From an uncultured Methanosarcinaceae archaeon (GTDB lineage Archaea > Halobacteriota > Methanosarcinia > Methanosarcinales > Methanosarcinaceae): a stretch of DNA of 64,000 bases. Positions 44,986-55,538 of the stretch are shown here, in pieces. Under the pieces are notes generated by a model. The model made no database searches, was not told the origin of the DNA, and was given only the letters and a program-made list of their open reading frames with translations. The stretch covers positions 175,215 to 239,214 of the forward strand of contig CAVRJG010000054.1 in assembly GCA_963721455.1 (NCBI GenBank). The letters run 5' to 3'. A program made the translations under genes and the position numbers. Numbering within the stretch: position 1 is the first letter of the stretch; each line of letters begins with the position of its first letter.

Positions 44986-45590
44986 CTGGCGGAATTTTGC
45001 AGGCTACGCTTGAACATCTTTTACTCGCCTACACCGCTCTTGCTCTGGGAATTCTTGTTGCGGTTCCACTGATCTTCTTTTCCCTATATAACGCAAAGTT
45101 TGCTTCGCTAGTCATGAGGTTTTCAAATCTTGTCCAGGCAGTCCCCAGTTTTGCGGTTGTAGCTGTGGTAGTGCCTCTTATAGGAATTGGCTTTACTCCT
45201 GCGGTTATTGCTATAATGCTAAGGGTACTGCTTCCTGTCATCAAAAATACCTATATAGGAATCTTCAATGTAGACCCGGCACTTATCGAATCCTCAAGAG
45301 GGATCGGGCTGACTGAGCTCCAGATCATCCGACACGTAAGGCTTCCAAATGCATATCCGGCTATATTTGCCGGAATAAAATTTGCCGCAATCCTCGCAAA
45401 CAGCATTGCGGTCCTGACGGCTCTTATAGGAGGGGGAGGCCTGGGATCCATGATTTTCGAAGGACTTACAAATTTCAACACTGCCAGAGTCCTTGCAGGA
45501 ACCCTGCCTGTTATAGGCATAGCCCTTTTCCTGGATTTCTCCTTCACCAGGATAGAAAGACGGCTAACTCCGGAATATCTTCGAAAATGA
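44976..45590 (+). CDS. osmoprotectant ABC transporter permease
   Basis: ESSRGIGLT loop, IGGGGLG; overlaps the previous permease. Confidence 0.88.
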   Translation: MVLAGGILQATLEHLLLAYTALALGILVAVPLIFFSLYNAKFASLVMRFSNLVQAVPSFAVVAVVVPLIGIGFTPAVIAIMLRVLLPVIKNTYIGIFNVDPALIESSRGIGLTELQIIRHVRLPNAYPAIFAGIKFAAILANSIAVLTALIGGGGLGSMIFEGLTNFNTARVLAGTLPVIGIALFLDFSFTRIERRLTPEYLRK

Positions 45591-46144
45591 ACTGGTATGT
45601 TACACTGTTGAACAGGTGAATGCTATTTCTGAACATCCTGCCAATTAATTCTTAAATTCAAGCCCTGAGGGATAGGAAAACTCAAAATAACATCCTGGTC
45701 AAGCCCTTCCAGCAAATACCTGGGGATATCTCTCAAGGCTCTCAGCAGGATACCGTATGAGTAGACAAACCCGTATGAGTAGACAAACAGGATATTTTTC
45801 GTAAAAAAATTTAAGTATAGCTTGAGAATATAATGTCTATCAAAAAAATCTTTAAATGAAAAGTTGAAATAATTTTGAAGTGAAAATCAAGCCGGAAGCG
45901 GGTATTATTTCTTTGGGAAATATGAAAGCAGCCTGGAAAAATAAATATTCCCTGCAAGAAGAGTGAATTAGAGGCCAATTCTTTTTAGGGTTTTATCATC
46001 CCTAAAACCAACTATTCAGGCATGATTTCTTCCCTGAGATCAAATACTTTCACTCCGCTTTCCTCAGGTTTATATCATGTGGCGTTGTACTTTAGAACGC
46101 CTCTCTATACTATAAAGATAACCAAGAGGCTTGAGGTAGAAAGA

Positions 46145-47398
46145 ATGAAACAAACTGCAGAATCTATCAGAGACCGATTTTTAAAGCTTGGCATCGATGT
46201 GCCCCTGGAGGACATCGAAAGCAGACTCGACGAACTGATCACGAAATTCAAAGTTCCTTCCAACGAAGCCCAGCGCAGCGTGACCAATTACTTTTTGAAG
46301 AAACATTCCATTCCTAAAAATGAATTTTACGTGAGGCAGGCTGAACCCCAACTTACCAAGATTGTGGGCATCTCGGAAGACGGGCAGTGGGCAAACCTTA
46401 AGGCAAAGGTTGTCCAGCTCTGGGAAAATACTCACGAGTCCATATCTCAGGTAGGGCTCCTGGGGGATGAAACAGGAATCATAAAGTTTACCGAATGGAA
46501 AAATGCTGAACTGCCTAAGCTTGAGCAGGGAGAGAGTTACCTCTTCAGGAGTGTTGTTGTCGGAGAGTACAATGGCAGGTTCCAGGTTCAGATTAACAAG
46601 AACAGTTCAGTAGAAAAGCTGGATGAACCCATCGAGGTAGGGGGCGGGGATTTCGCGCCGACTGCAAGAGAAGCAGAACTCAGGAATATTGCCGATCTTG
46701 TGGGAGGCCAGTGGGCTACAGTCAGAGGAAAAGTAGTCCAGCTCTGGGAAAACTCCCATGAATCGATTGAGCAGGCAGGGCTTTTAGGGGACCAGACAGG
46801 TGTTATCAAATTCACTAACTGGGCCAGTTCCGAACTTCCGGATATGGAAGAGGGCAAGAGCTACATGCTGAAAAATGTAGTTGTCAATGAATGGAGCGGC
46901 AAGGCTCAGATCCAGCTTAACAGGTCAAGTTCCATAGAAGAACTTGATGAAGATATCGAGGTCCGAACATCTACTTTCACATACTTCGGAGCAATGGTGG
47001 ACATTCAAACCGGCTCAGGCCTTATAAAGCGCTGCCCCGAGTGTAAGAGGGCTCTGGTCAAAGGTGCCTGTGCAGAACACGGGAAAGTAAAGGGAGAATA
47101 CGACCTCAGGATAAAAGCGGTCCTGGATTCGGGAACCTCAACTCAGGATGCCCTGATTAACAGGGAGCTTACTGAAAAGCTTGTGGGGCTTTCCCTCGAT
47201 ACTGCAATTGCAATGGCCGCAGATGCCCTTGACCCCGGAGTTGTGCTGGATAAATTGAAACACGAGCTGTTGGGCAGGTACTATACTGTCAGCGGGCACA
47301 AGCTTGACCGCTATATCCTTGTGGATTCGATTACTCCAAGGACTTCTCTGGACAGAGAGCTTCTTGATGAAATGCTTACTGAACTGGAGGTGGAATAA
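46145..47398 (+). CDS. rpa: replication protein A (repeated OB folds plus CxxC-x8-CxxH zinc finger)
   Basis: Duplicated GQWAxxxxKVVQLWEN...GLLGDxTGxIKFT units, CPECKRALVKGACAEH; ATG 46145 after GAGGT. Confidence 0.9.
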   Translation: MKQTAESIRDRFLKLGIDVPLEDIESRLDELITKFKVPSNEAQRSVTNYFLKKHSIPKNEFYVRQAEPQLTKIVGISEDGQWANLKAKVVQLWENTHESISQVGLLGDETGIIKFTEWKNAELPKLEQGESYLFRSVVVGEYNGRFQVQINKNSSVEKLDEPIEVGGGDFAPTAREAELRNIADLVGGQWATVRGKVVQLWENSHESIEQAGLLGDQTGVIKFTNWASSELPDMEEGKSYMLKNVVVNEWSGKAQIQLNRSSSIEELDEDIEVRTSTFTYFGAMVDIQTGSGLIKRCPECKRALVKGACAEHGKVKGEYDLRIKAVLDSGTSTQDALINRELTEKLVGLSLDTAIAMAADALDPGVVLDKLKHELLGRYYTVSGHKLDRYILVDSITPRTSLDRELLDEMLTELEVE

Positions 47399-47968
47399 AT
47401 GGCAGGCTTTTTCAGGGAAGCGGCTCGCAGGGTCTTTGCCCAGGAACTGAAAGATTCGAACCTGACCTCAAGGGACGAAAGTGACCAGTATGCACCACAG
47501 TATGTCCTGACGCCGACAGGAGCTAAAGTAAACCGCATCTTCCTTGTAGGCACACTTATCGAAAAGGAAGATATCGGCACCGACTCCGAATACTGGAGGG
47601 GAAGGGTTTCAGATCCAACAGGTTCCTTCCTGGTCTATGCCGGACAGTACCAGCCCGAAGCAGCCCAGTTCCTTGCAGACTGCGAACTGCCAGCTTTTGT
47701 GGCAGTCGTGGGCAAAACCAGCACCTATACAACAGATGACGGGAATGTGTTGACCTCTATACGCCCCGAATCCATCCAGCAGGTAGACGGACTTGCCCGG
47801 GACCTCTGGGTACTCGATACCGCAAAGCAGACTCTTGAGAGGATAAGGGCAATTGAGGCAGAGGAAGACCCGAACTCGAAACTTGCAAAAGAACACTACT
47901 CTACTGACACGGATTTCTACCGTGAAATGGTTAAAAAGGCTCTTGAGTCCCTCAAAGAAAGGGAATGA
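47399..47968 (+). CDS. RPA-associated OB-fold protein
   Basis: REAARRVFAQE, PTGAKVNR, DPTGSFLVYAGQYQPEA; directly abuts rpa. Confidence 0.85.
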   Translation: MAGFFREAARRVFAQELKDSNLTSRDESDQYAPQYVLTPTGAKVNRIFLVGTLIEKEDIGTDSEYWRGRVSDPTGSFLVYAGQYQPEAAQFLADCELPAFVAVVGKTSTYTTDDGNVLTSIRPESIQQVDGLARDLWVLDTAKQTLERIRAIEAEEDPNSKLAKEHYSTDTDFYREMVKKALESLKERE

Positions 47969-48333
47969 AATCAAAAGGAATCGGACCATAGTCGAAATCG
48001 GGGCAAGATGCCCCTTAATTCTTTTTAATTTGAAAAATCAGCCTTTTATTTTCTCGGGAATTTTTGTTTCTATTTTTCTCCTTCTTTCTCCTTCTTTCGA
48101 TAATCTTATTTTCTTCTTGCCCCGATATTCTTATTTTCTTTTTGCCGCCTCTATGCCTGATTGAGTTTTTTGAATTTCTATTGCATTAAGCAAATATATT
48201 TAATCATACTGGTCTCAAACAAGAAGAAGCAAAATATAGATAAATAAACGAAACATGATATAAAATGAGTAATATATGTTTGAATGGGAATTAATGCTAA
48301 AATGGCTAGTAAATTGAGATGTGAGATGATCCT

Positions 48334-48555
48334 GTGAAAACCTATCTTCTGGTCTGGTTCAGCAGCGAAGGAACCCGTCCATCAGAGATTAATCGAAGAC
48401 TGACGTCTCTGGGTTTCGAACCCATGCAGGGTAGCTACGATTTTGTATATAACTGGAATAGCAACGTTAGTGTAGAGAAGGTTCTCGAGTTCGGGGATAA
48501 GGTATACTTGAGCCTTCAGGGCACAGGTGTAATGTTCAAACTGGAGACAATGTGA
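48334..48555 (+). CDS. small conserved-looking hypothetical protein
   Basis: GTG start, ferredoxin-like alpha/beta pattern (LGFEPMQGSYDFVYNW). Confidence 0.65.
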   Translation: MKTYLLVWFSSEGTRPSEINRRLTSLGFEPMQGSYDFVYNWNSNVSVEKVLEFGDKVYLSLQGTGVMFKLETM

Positions 48556-48710
48556 ACTGGTAGAGCTCGCAAAAATAGAGCCCCTGAGATCCCGCTTAAC
48601 AAGGCAGGTGCCGGAACTCAGGCAATAAATAAACCGGCATTCAAAGCTATTATTCAGGCGTAATTCAGGTTATTATTCATTTTAAGGCCTATCCCTGTAA
48701 GCCCGGGTGC

Positions 48711-49271
48711 TCAGGCCTTTTTTTCATTCAGGTCTTCTTCCGGCTTGCGTTTTTCCAGGGCATCCCGGAACTTTATATATCCGCAGGTGTCTCCTTCAAG
48801 AGTAATTATCCTGCCGCGAATATTCCCTTTTTCGATTATCAGTTCCACAACACTCGGATTTGACATCCTGGGTTTGGTAGGAGAGCCCGGACAAACAAGC
48901 ACGACATCTCTTTTCTCTATCAAAGGCCGGTGCAGGTGCCCGAAAATCAGGATGTCTACTTCCATTTCTTTTGCGAGGTAACCCTGTGCAGTCGTATCAG
49001 TTACCGAAAGTCCTCCTTCATGCACCACTCCGATTTTTACCCCTTCAACTTCGAATTTCAGCCTCTCGGGAAGGAGCTGCTTGAGCTCGAAAGCGTCATC
49101 ATTTCCGAAAACGGCTTTCAACTTGCCGCTGGCATTGAAAGCCTGATAGGCCTCCACAGTACTGAAGTCCCCTGCATGAACGATAAGGTCACATTCTTCA
49201 AGGAGTGTTTGAAGTTGCGGGGGAATTTCCCCGGTTTTCAGGTGAGTGTCGGAAAGTGCAATCAGCTTCAT
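48711..49271 (-). CDS. YfcE/MJ0936-type metallophosphoesterase
   Basis: SDTH, HAGD, GNDD, GHLH, CPGS motifs. Confidence 0.9.
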   Translation of the reverse strand: MKLIALSDTHLKTGEIPPQLQTLLEECDLIVHAGDFSTVEAYQAFNASGKLKAVFGNDDAFELKQLLPERLKFEVEGVKIGVVHEGGLSVTDTTAQGYLAKEMEVDILIFGHLHRPLIEKRDVVLVCPGSPTKPRMSNPSVVELIIEKGNIRGRIITLEGDTCGYIKFRDALEKRKPEEDLNEKKA

Positions 49272-49490
49272 GGAAAATCTCCTGATTATTATAATAAAAT
49301 ATGTCCTCTAAAGATAAAAATATGCAGTTAAACGCGGCAAACCTGAAATCGCGGGCAACTGACAGTTATTCTCGAAAAGATAGTCATTCTGGAAAAATTC
49401 TGAAAAAATTATCCGGTAACTGACACTCGTTTTGGAAAAATAAAAGCTTCTGACTCCAAACCCGCGGGTTCGGAATCCGTAATTAAGAAG

Positions 49491-49552
49491 GTGAACAACT
49501 CCTCCCTAAATTCGTCACCTTACGGCTCAGGATTTTGAGGAGGGGAACTTCC
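49491..49552. mobile_element. palindromic remnant resembling an IS200/IS605-type end
   Basis: GTGAACAACTCCTCCCTAAAT...ATTTTGAGGAGGGGAACTTC imperfect hairpin; family assignment is from recalled similarity only. Confidence 0.4.
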
Positions 49553-49579
49553 AGCCTTATTGTTAAAAGTCAGAAAGAA

Positions 49580-50371
49580 TTACTCGAGTGTAAGGTCTAC
49601 GAGTTCGTACTCAAGATTCTCGGTTTCCAACCTGTTAAGGAGAGAAGCAACCTGCTCGTCCACTGAAACCACAAGGGATGATAGCCCGTGGTAGGCAGCC
49701 TCGATAACTGACTCATTGGTTCCGAACATAACATTCGGGCTTATGCCGATCTTGCGCAGAGCGATAAGCGCTTCCACACCGATGGCTGCTATATAGGGTT
49801 TAGAGCTTGCCAGTGGTTTCAGGCGCTCGAGATCCACCTTTCTTGACCCTCCGCGCTCAATCCTGGGAACCTTGCAGATTGTAATTGTCGCATTTTCCAG
49901 GTCGATCAGGCCTTTGAGGCTGGTTACTCCTACATCGTCCCCTGCGGCTGCATCGGATATGACATTGCCTGATGCACCTGTCTGTTCCGTGCTGCTTACG
50001 TACAGGAGCCCTTTTTCCATTTTCAGGTAAACCTGCTGGCCTTCTTTTAGATCCTCTTTTGTGATGGCTGTCCAGGTTGAAACATGGCTGATTATATCCT
50101 CCATAACAAAGCGGGCGTAACGCTTCATATCTACGGCGTTTTCAAGAACCCATTCCACGCCTTCTTTTGTGATCCTGTACCTGACGCGGCCCTCAGTGAC
50201 AATCAGCCCATCATTTACAAGCTCCTTGATATATTCCGAAACTGCCTGGGGGGTTATTCCGATTTTTGCGGCAATTTCCTTTTGCCTGACATTGGGCTGG
50301 TGGGCTGCAACTTCAATAAGGACCTGAAACTTGGTTACTCCACTTTTAGTCTGGAGGATTTTAATCATCAA
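49580..50371 (-). CDS. winged-HTH transcriptional regulator (archaeal, COG1497-like)
   Basis: QKEIAAKIGITPQAVSEYIKEL...YRITKEG. Confidence 0.8.
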   Translation of the reverse strand: MMIKILQTKSGVTKFQVLIEVAAHQPNVRQKEIAAKIGITPQAVSEYIKELVNDGLIVTEGRVRYRITKEGVEWVLENAVDMKRYARFVMEDIISHVSTWTAITKEDLKEGQQVYLKMEKGLLYVSSTEQTGASGNVISDAAAGDDVGVTSLKGLIDLENATITICKVPRIERGGSRKVDLERLKPLASSKPYIAAIGVEALIALRKIGISPNVMFGTNESVIEAAYHGLSSLVVSVDEQVASLLNRLETENLEYELVDLTLE

Positions 50372-50889
50372 TCGTAATTCTCCTCAACATCTTCAATTAA
50401 CTTTAACCTCTGCCCCATTACCGAAAGCCTTTCAGACCGTCTGGCAACAGCACAGATATAGAATGGGTTTTTATTAAGGGCACGCGTGAGGTTGCTCATA
50501 GAGGTATTGCCTTCTTCGACCAGCCTTTCCAGTTCGTCCATGGCATCTTTGACCTCCTCGTATGGCTTGAAGGTCAGCATGATGATATCGCTAAGGTCTT
50601 CAAAAGAACACTGAAAGTTAACCTGAACCTTGGAATAGGAACTGTGGTATTCTTTGGAGGGTTTTTGTCCTGCCTCGGGAACTCTCCACTGGCTCTCAAG
50701 GAGTCCGGCTTTTTTCAGGATATGAAGGCTTTTTGATGAGTCTGTACCCATGAATTCGTCTATTTCTGTTCTGGTCATCCATTTGTTTGAAAGTGCATCG
50801 AATATCTTTTTGTGAGTTCTTGACCCAAAAGTCCTGAGTAATGGTACTAAATAGGAAGGATCGTTAATTATTCGAGTTCGTTTACCCAT
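50368..50889 (-). CDS. ArsR-like HTH protein
   Basis: LHILKKAGLLESQWR; overlaps the downstream regulator (ATGA). Confidence 0.7.
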   Translation of the reverse strand: MGKRTRIINDPSYLVPLLRTFGSRTHKKIFDALSNKWMTRTEIDEFMGTDSSKSLHILKKAGLLESQWRVPEAGQKPSKEYHSSYSKVQVNFQCSFEDLSDIIMLTFKPYEEVKDAMDELERLVEEGNTSMSNLTRALNKNPFYICAVARRSERLSVMGQRLKLIEDVEENYD

Positions 50890-50952
50890 TTATTCCTCTC
50901 CTTCTCGTCTTATGTTATAAGCTTTCAAATATAATAAAGATTTGTAATGTGA

Positions 50953-51990
50953 TTACTCGTTATAACCGATATCAAGCCCTTCAGGCCCTTCCCAGTTAAA
51001 AACGGGGGCAATGCGCTTCAGTTCACGACATTTTTCATGCAGGGCATGGGCAACGATCGGAAGAGCAATAGTAGCATCCACGAAAACCTGGACTTTTTTT
51101 GCCTGGGGTGCGATCTTCCCCCAGGAAACAGCTTCGTCAAAAGTACAGCCTGAAAGCCCCCCCCAGTGCGGAGAGTCGGAGGTATACTGGATTGCATAAT
51201 CATGCCCTCCGACATCTATTCCAAGGATAGAAGCTATTACTTCAGTCTGCTGGATAAAATTCTTTGGAACTCCGCCTCCAACATAGACAACTCCGGTTTT
51301 TCCGGATTTTTCCACAATCTGTGTGATCTCATCAACATCTTTTATCTGGTCGATCTCAAGTTTCAATCCTCTTCTTCTTGCAATGGTAAGCCCGATACCT
51401 ATCGAACTGTCAGAAAGTGCAGGAACAAAGACCGGGATATTCTGCCTGTATGCACTCACCACTATAGAATCCTCTGATGCTCCGCGCCTTACAAGTTCCT
51501 TTCCCAGCAGGTGAATGAACTCCCTTGATGAACAGGAAATTTCTCCGATTTCCTCTGCAAAATCCGCAATGAGGTTATCTGCGTTCCTGAACTCTTCTTC
51601 TACTGCAAAGACATCGTATATTCTGTCCACGCCGTGCTCGAAGAGTTTTTCGTCGTCAGCAAGATGGGAACCCACATAATGCTTCTTACCGAGGGCCTCG
51701 TGGGCATCATGAAACAGGTTCGCCCCTGTGCTTACAAGGCAGTCTATCATCCTCTGCCGGATCATATAAGAAATAATCCTGCGCATGCCAGCAGGAACCA
51801 TAGCTCCGGATAAGCCCATGAGTACTGTCACATTTTTTTCATTTAGCATGTTGTGCCAGGCCTGAACGGACTCGGCCAGTTTCCGCCCCTGGAAGCCGGT
51901 TTTGAGCATTCCATCCATCAATTCGCTTATAGACCTGTCCTTTACATCTATTGGTACGGTTGGGTTATCTGTGAATACATTAAGATGCAT
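50953..51990 (-). CDS. dys: deoxyhypusine synthase-family protein
   Basis: SGAMVPAG, TGANLFHD, GGGVPKNF (catalytic Lys), GGLSGCTFDEAVSWGK; start trimmed to ATG 51990. Confidence 0.9.
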   Translation of the reverse strand: MHLNVFTDNPTVPIDVKDRSISELMDGMLKTGFQGRKLAESVQAWHNMLNEKNVTVLMGLSGAMVPAGMRRIISYMIRQRMIDCLVSTGANLFHDAHEALGKKHYVGSHLADDEKLFEHGVDRIYDVFAVEEEFRNADNLIADFAEEIGEISCSSREFIHLLGKELVRRGASEDSIVVSAYRQNIPVFVPALSDSSIGIGLTIARRRGLKLEIDQIKDVDEITQIVEKSGKTGVVYVGGGVPKNFIQQTEVIASILGIDVGGHDYAIQYTSDSPHWGGLSGCTFDEAVSWGKIAPQAKKVQVFVDATIALPIVAHALHEKCRELKRIAPVFNWEGPEGLDIGYNE

Positions 51991-52310
51991 ACCATTCTCC
52001 AAATAAGCAGATAATGATAGTTTTGCCTGTAACTCCTGATGCCTGCGGCATTCGGCAACAGACGATAAGAAACGCAAATAGCGTTCTAAATGATTATATA
52101 ATTTTTATTAAATATCAATATATGTGGACTCTTTCACTGGATGATTTGGCAAAGATGAATTATTCCTGAGAGAAAATAATTTGCCGGTTCAAGGGATTTG
52201 AACCGGAAAGTAAAGAATATGAAATTGACAGATACTGATCAGTTTTAATATCCTCAAAGTAATGTCCTTAGATAATCTCGGAAATAAATGTGAGAATACT
52301 TGTTAAATAT

Positions 52311-52805
52311 TCAGATAACAAAAACTGCTGCGGATATCACGGTCATCCAGTTCCCATGTTCGTCTACGAAAGATGATCCGGGGACGCTGAAGGTCCTGAG
52401 AGGTGTTTCATTTGCCCAGGTAGTATACATGCTTCTGGCAAGTTTCACTGCATGTTCCCCTACGTACTGTTCGGTTTCTCCAAAAGCGTGGAACTCAGAG
52501 ATGTAGCCGTGTTTATCTGTAATTTGTGGGAATGCGCATCCCACCGACGTGCTGAGCATCCTTCTTGGTTCATTGGAAGAAATTCTCGACATCACGCAAA
52601 ATATCTCTCCGGGAATCAATTCTTTTAAACTTTCTTCTCTGGACACAATCTCACAATTGGGAGGCAGGATAGAACTTACAGTGACAAGATTAAATTTTTC
52701 AATACCTGCTTTCCGGAGTGCAACTTCAAATGATTCAAGATATTCGGGGTGTGTACCAACTCCACTTGTAAAGAATACTTGCCTGGGAATTAATTTCGTA
52801 ATCAT
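52311..52805 (-). CDS. pdaD: pyruvoyl-dependent arginine decarboxylase
   Basis: SFEVALRKAGIEKFNLVTVSSILPP (Ser-Ser self-cleavage site), HGYISE. Confidence 0.88.
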   Translation of the reverse strand: MITKLIPRQVFFTSGVGTHPEYLESFEVALRKAGIEKFNLVTVSSILPPNCEIVSREESLKELIPGEIFCVMSRISSNEPRRMLSTSVGCAFPQITDKHGYISEFHAFGETEQYVGEHAVKLARSMYTTWANETPLRTFSVPGSSFVDEHGNWMTVISAAVFVI

Positions 52806-53321
52806 CTTTGCATCCTTGTGAAATAATAAATTTAAGCTTAATCCAGATGGCAATTATCATTTTTAAGTGTTGCCCTTAAATTTTGCTGGAAAGAAGCTCA
52901 ATTCCTATTTATTTAGGTAATAATGAATATAAGAGGATCACATCCATCACATTATGCTGGAGGTTTTCCTTCTATGAGATTTTTCGTTTATATTTTTCAG
53001 GCTGTACTTTATTAATTTTTTATTTAGATAGTTTTATAAATCCCTTTAATTTAAATTTATCAGTTGCTTTCTAATCTTTTTGACCCCGTCTCTTTCAAAA
53101 GCTATCTCATAAGCTTTATATTATGCAGGATAATTACATCGTGTATTACTTCCTGCAATTTTCTTGCTTACCTCTCTCAGGACAGGGGATAATCATGTCT
53201 TTTTCAAAGTTTGCTGAAAAAGAAGGGCATGTTTGTCCAATTGCCCTGGCGGAAACGACGTTCTTTCTGGCTTGAGGCCTGAAGAATCAACTAACAACAA
53301 TAAAACTCGATGTCGGTATAG

Positions 53322-53972
53322 ATGGAAGAAAAGCTCAACTTAAAACTTCTGGAACTACTTGAGGGCAGGCAGCTCTCGATCAGCGGGCTTTCCCGAGAAC
53401 TGACAGCCGGAGGCATAAACGAGCACAGACTGGTCCTTACCGGCTATCTCAGGGCGCTCAGGGACCTTAAAATACTGGACGAAGTCGAAGTCCCCCCTTC
53501 CAAAATTTATGCTTTGCCTGAAAAAATCAAGGAGCCTTTATCCGAAAAAATCAAGGACCCCAGGTTTCCGGAACTTTCGTATTCGGAAGACCTTTATTCT
53601 ATTTTCAGAACACAGCTCCTTAAAATTGACCTTGACATGCGGATTCCTGTCGGGGTATATGTAGTCTCCAGGCTGTTTGAAAGGCCCTGCTTCCGCAGAG
53701 AGTTGAAGCTTATAGGGATAACTCAAAAACACCTTGACCAATACCTGGAAAAACCCGGTATAGTCTGTGAGGCGCCGGATGCACACCTGAAGAAAGCCAG
53801 AGCCGATATTACAAAGATTGAGATCCCTCCCGATGATCCTGCATATGAAATACGGGAAAATAGGGAAGAAGTAACCAGGCTTGCGAACGAAGTGCTTGCA
53901 GGGCTGATAAAACACAGGATTGACCTTGAGGGCCTGGTAGCAAAAAGCAAGCAAACTACCCTCCTTCCCTGA
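53322..53972 (+). CDS. hypothetical protein with N-terminal winged HTH
   Basis: SISGLSREL...HRLVLTGYLRALRDL...PPSKIY. Confidence 0.65.
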   Translation: MEEKLNLKLLELLEGRQLSISGLSRELTAGGINEHRLVLTGYLRALRDLKILDEVEVPPSKIYALPEKIKEPLSEKIKDPRFPELSYSEDLYSIFRTQLLKIDLDMRIPVGVYVVSRLFERPCFRRELKLIGITQKHLDQYLEKPGIVCEAPDAHLKKARADITKIEIPPDDPAYEIRENREEVTRLANEVLAGLIKHRIDLEGLVAKSKQTTLLP

Positions 53973-54047
53973 AAAAGTTTTCATTTCTTTTAAATTCTGA
54001 AATTATTAAGCTAATCAGGACTCAAACCTTTTGCTGGTGGTTCGAAA

Positions 54048-54872
54048 ATGAAAGTTGCCTGTGTCCAGATGGATGTGTTGCACTGCAGGAAACAGGAAAA
54101 TCTTGAAAATGCCCTCTATATGGCTCTCGAAGCCGTGATAAAAGGAGCCGAACTTATTGTTTTTCCCGAGGTTTTCTCCACAGGCTTTTGCTATGAAAAC
54201 TTCGACCACGCAGCAGAAAACCTTCCTTCCCCAACCCTTGAGAACCTGGCGTGTTTTTCCGAAGCCAATGACTGTGTTCTCATAGGTTCCATAATCGAAA
54301 AAACGGCTTCGGAAAAAGAAGTTTCTGGTGCCGGGATTTCTACTCACTCTAATAATTCCGTTCTTTATCATAATCTCGGCTTCTGTTTTGAGTCAGGAAC
54401 TCTTGCAGGTACTTATCGAAAGACTCACCTCTTCAAGAATGAGAATCAGTACTTTTCGAGGGGTAACTCAATTGAACCCATTTACCTTAAAAAACAAAAT
54501 CTGAAAATTGGCCTTGAGATCTGCTATGAACTCCGCTTCCCCGAAGTTGCAAGAAAACTTGCCCTTGCCGGTTCCGATCTCCTTGTAACGACAGCAGCTT
54601 TTCCCAATCCCAGGTCCGAACACTGGAAAAACCTTGCAAAGGCAAGGGCGATCGAAAACCAGATCCCGCACATTGCCTGCAACCGCACAGGCTCTGCTCC
54701 TGACTGCACGTACTTTGGAAACTCAATGATAATCGATGCCTGGGGCGAGGTAAAGGCCCACGCAGGCGACAAAGAGTGCGTGATTGTCTGGGATATTGAC
54801 CTGTCGGGAAAAGAGGAGATTCGAAAGGATATTCCTGTTTTTGAGGATAGGAGAAGTGAGCTTTATTTTTGA
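54048..54872 (+). CDS. carbon-nitrogen hydrolase (nitrilase superfamily)
   Basis: FPE, YRKTHLF and ICYELRFPE catalytic E-K-C triad, RAIENQ. Confidence 0.92.
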   Translation: MKVACVQMDVLHCRKQENLENALYMALEAVIKGAELIVFPEVFSTGFCYENFDHAAENLPSPTLENLACFSEANDCVLIGSIIEKTASEKEVSGAGISTHSNNSVLYHNLGFCFESGTLAGTYRKTHLFKNENQYFSRGNSIEPIYLKKQNLKIGLEICYELRFPEVARKLALAGSDLLVTTAAFPNPRSEHWKNLAKARAIENQIPHIACNRTGSAPDCTYFGNSMIIDAWGEVKAHAGDKECVIVWDIDLSGKEEIRKDIPVFEDRRSELYF

Positions 54873-55538
54873 GGATAGGAGACTGAGCTTTATTCTTGAC
54901 GGTTAATGCATTATTTTAGAATTCTTGATTCAAGAATCTCCTCGCATTGTAAGTATGATAACGAAACAAAATAAGCATCAATTTAGGTCCAATTTTTACT
55001 CGTTCCGGGGAAAAATTGTGTAGTTTTCACAAGGCCACCCCAATAGTTACAGGTAAGTACCTGAGGCTACTATTTATTTACTTAAATATATTTATATAAG
55101 AAACTTCCCTATATTGTTAAGAATATAAGAATGTTTAAATGTGTAAATGTTATGGCTTTTTATGTTCAAACGTTAGAAAGTTGGGTTGTTATAATATTTA
55201 TATTTTCGAATGTTTTGATGTCTAAAGGTAGTGTATCGAAAGTTCTGTAAATTCCAATTGCCTATGTTTTTCTAATGCTTTTTTTGCATTTGATACGTAC
55301 TAGCAGGCAGGAACCTCGGTATTCATATAAACTATAGACCATCTATATTTACAAACACATAAGGGCCTGCGTATGATATTGATTTTCTGGATACTTTTTA
55401 ATATTTTCTGGAATCCCCAATAAATTTACCATTAATTTCGCTAGTAATTGGCTGTAATCAATCAAAAACCCAGAAAAAATTAAAAAGACTCATAATTCAT
55501 CATAGATACGATAATTATCTATTTGCACGGGGCTTAAA

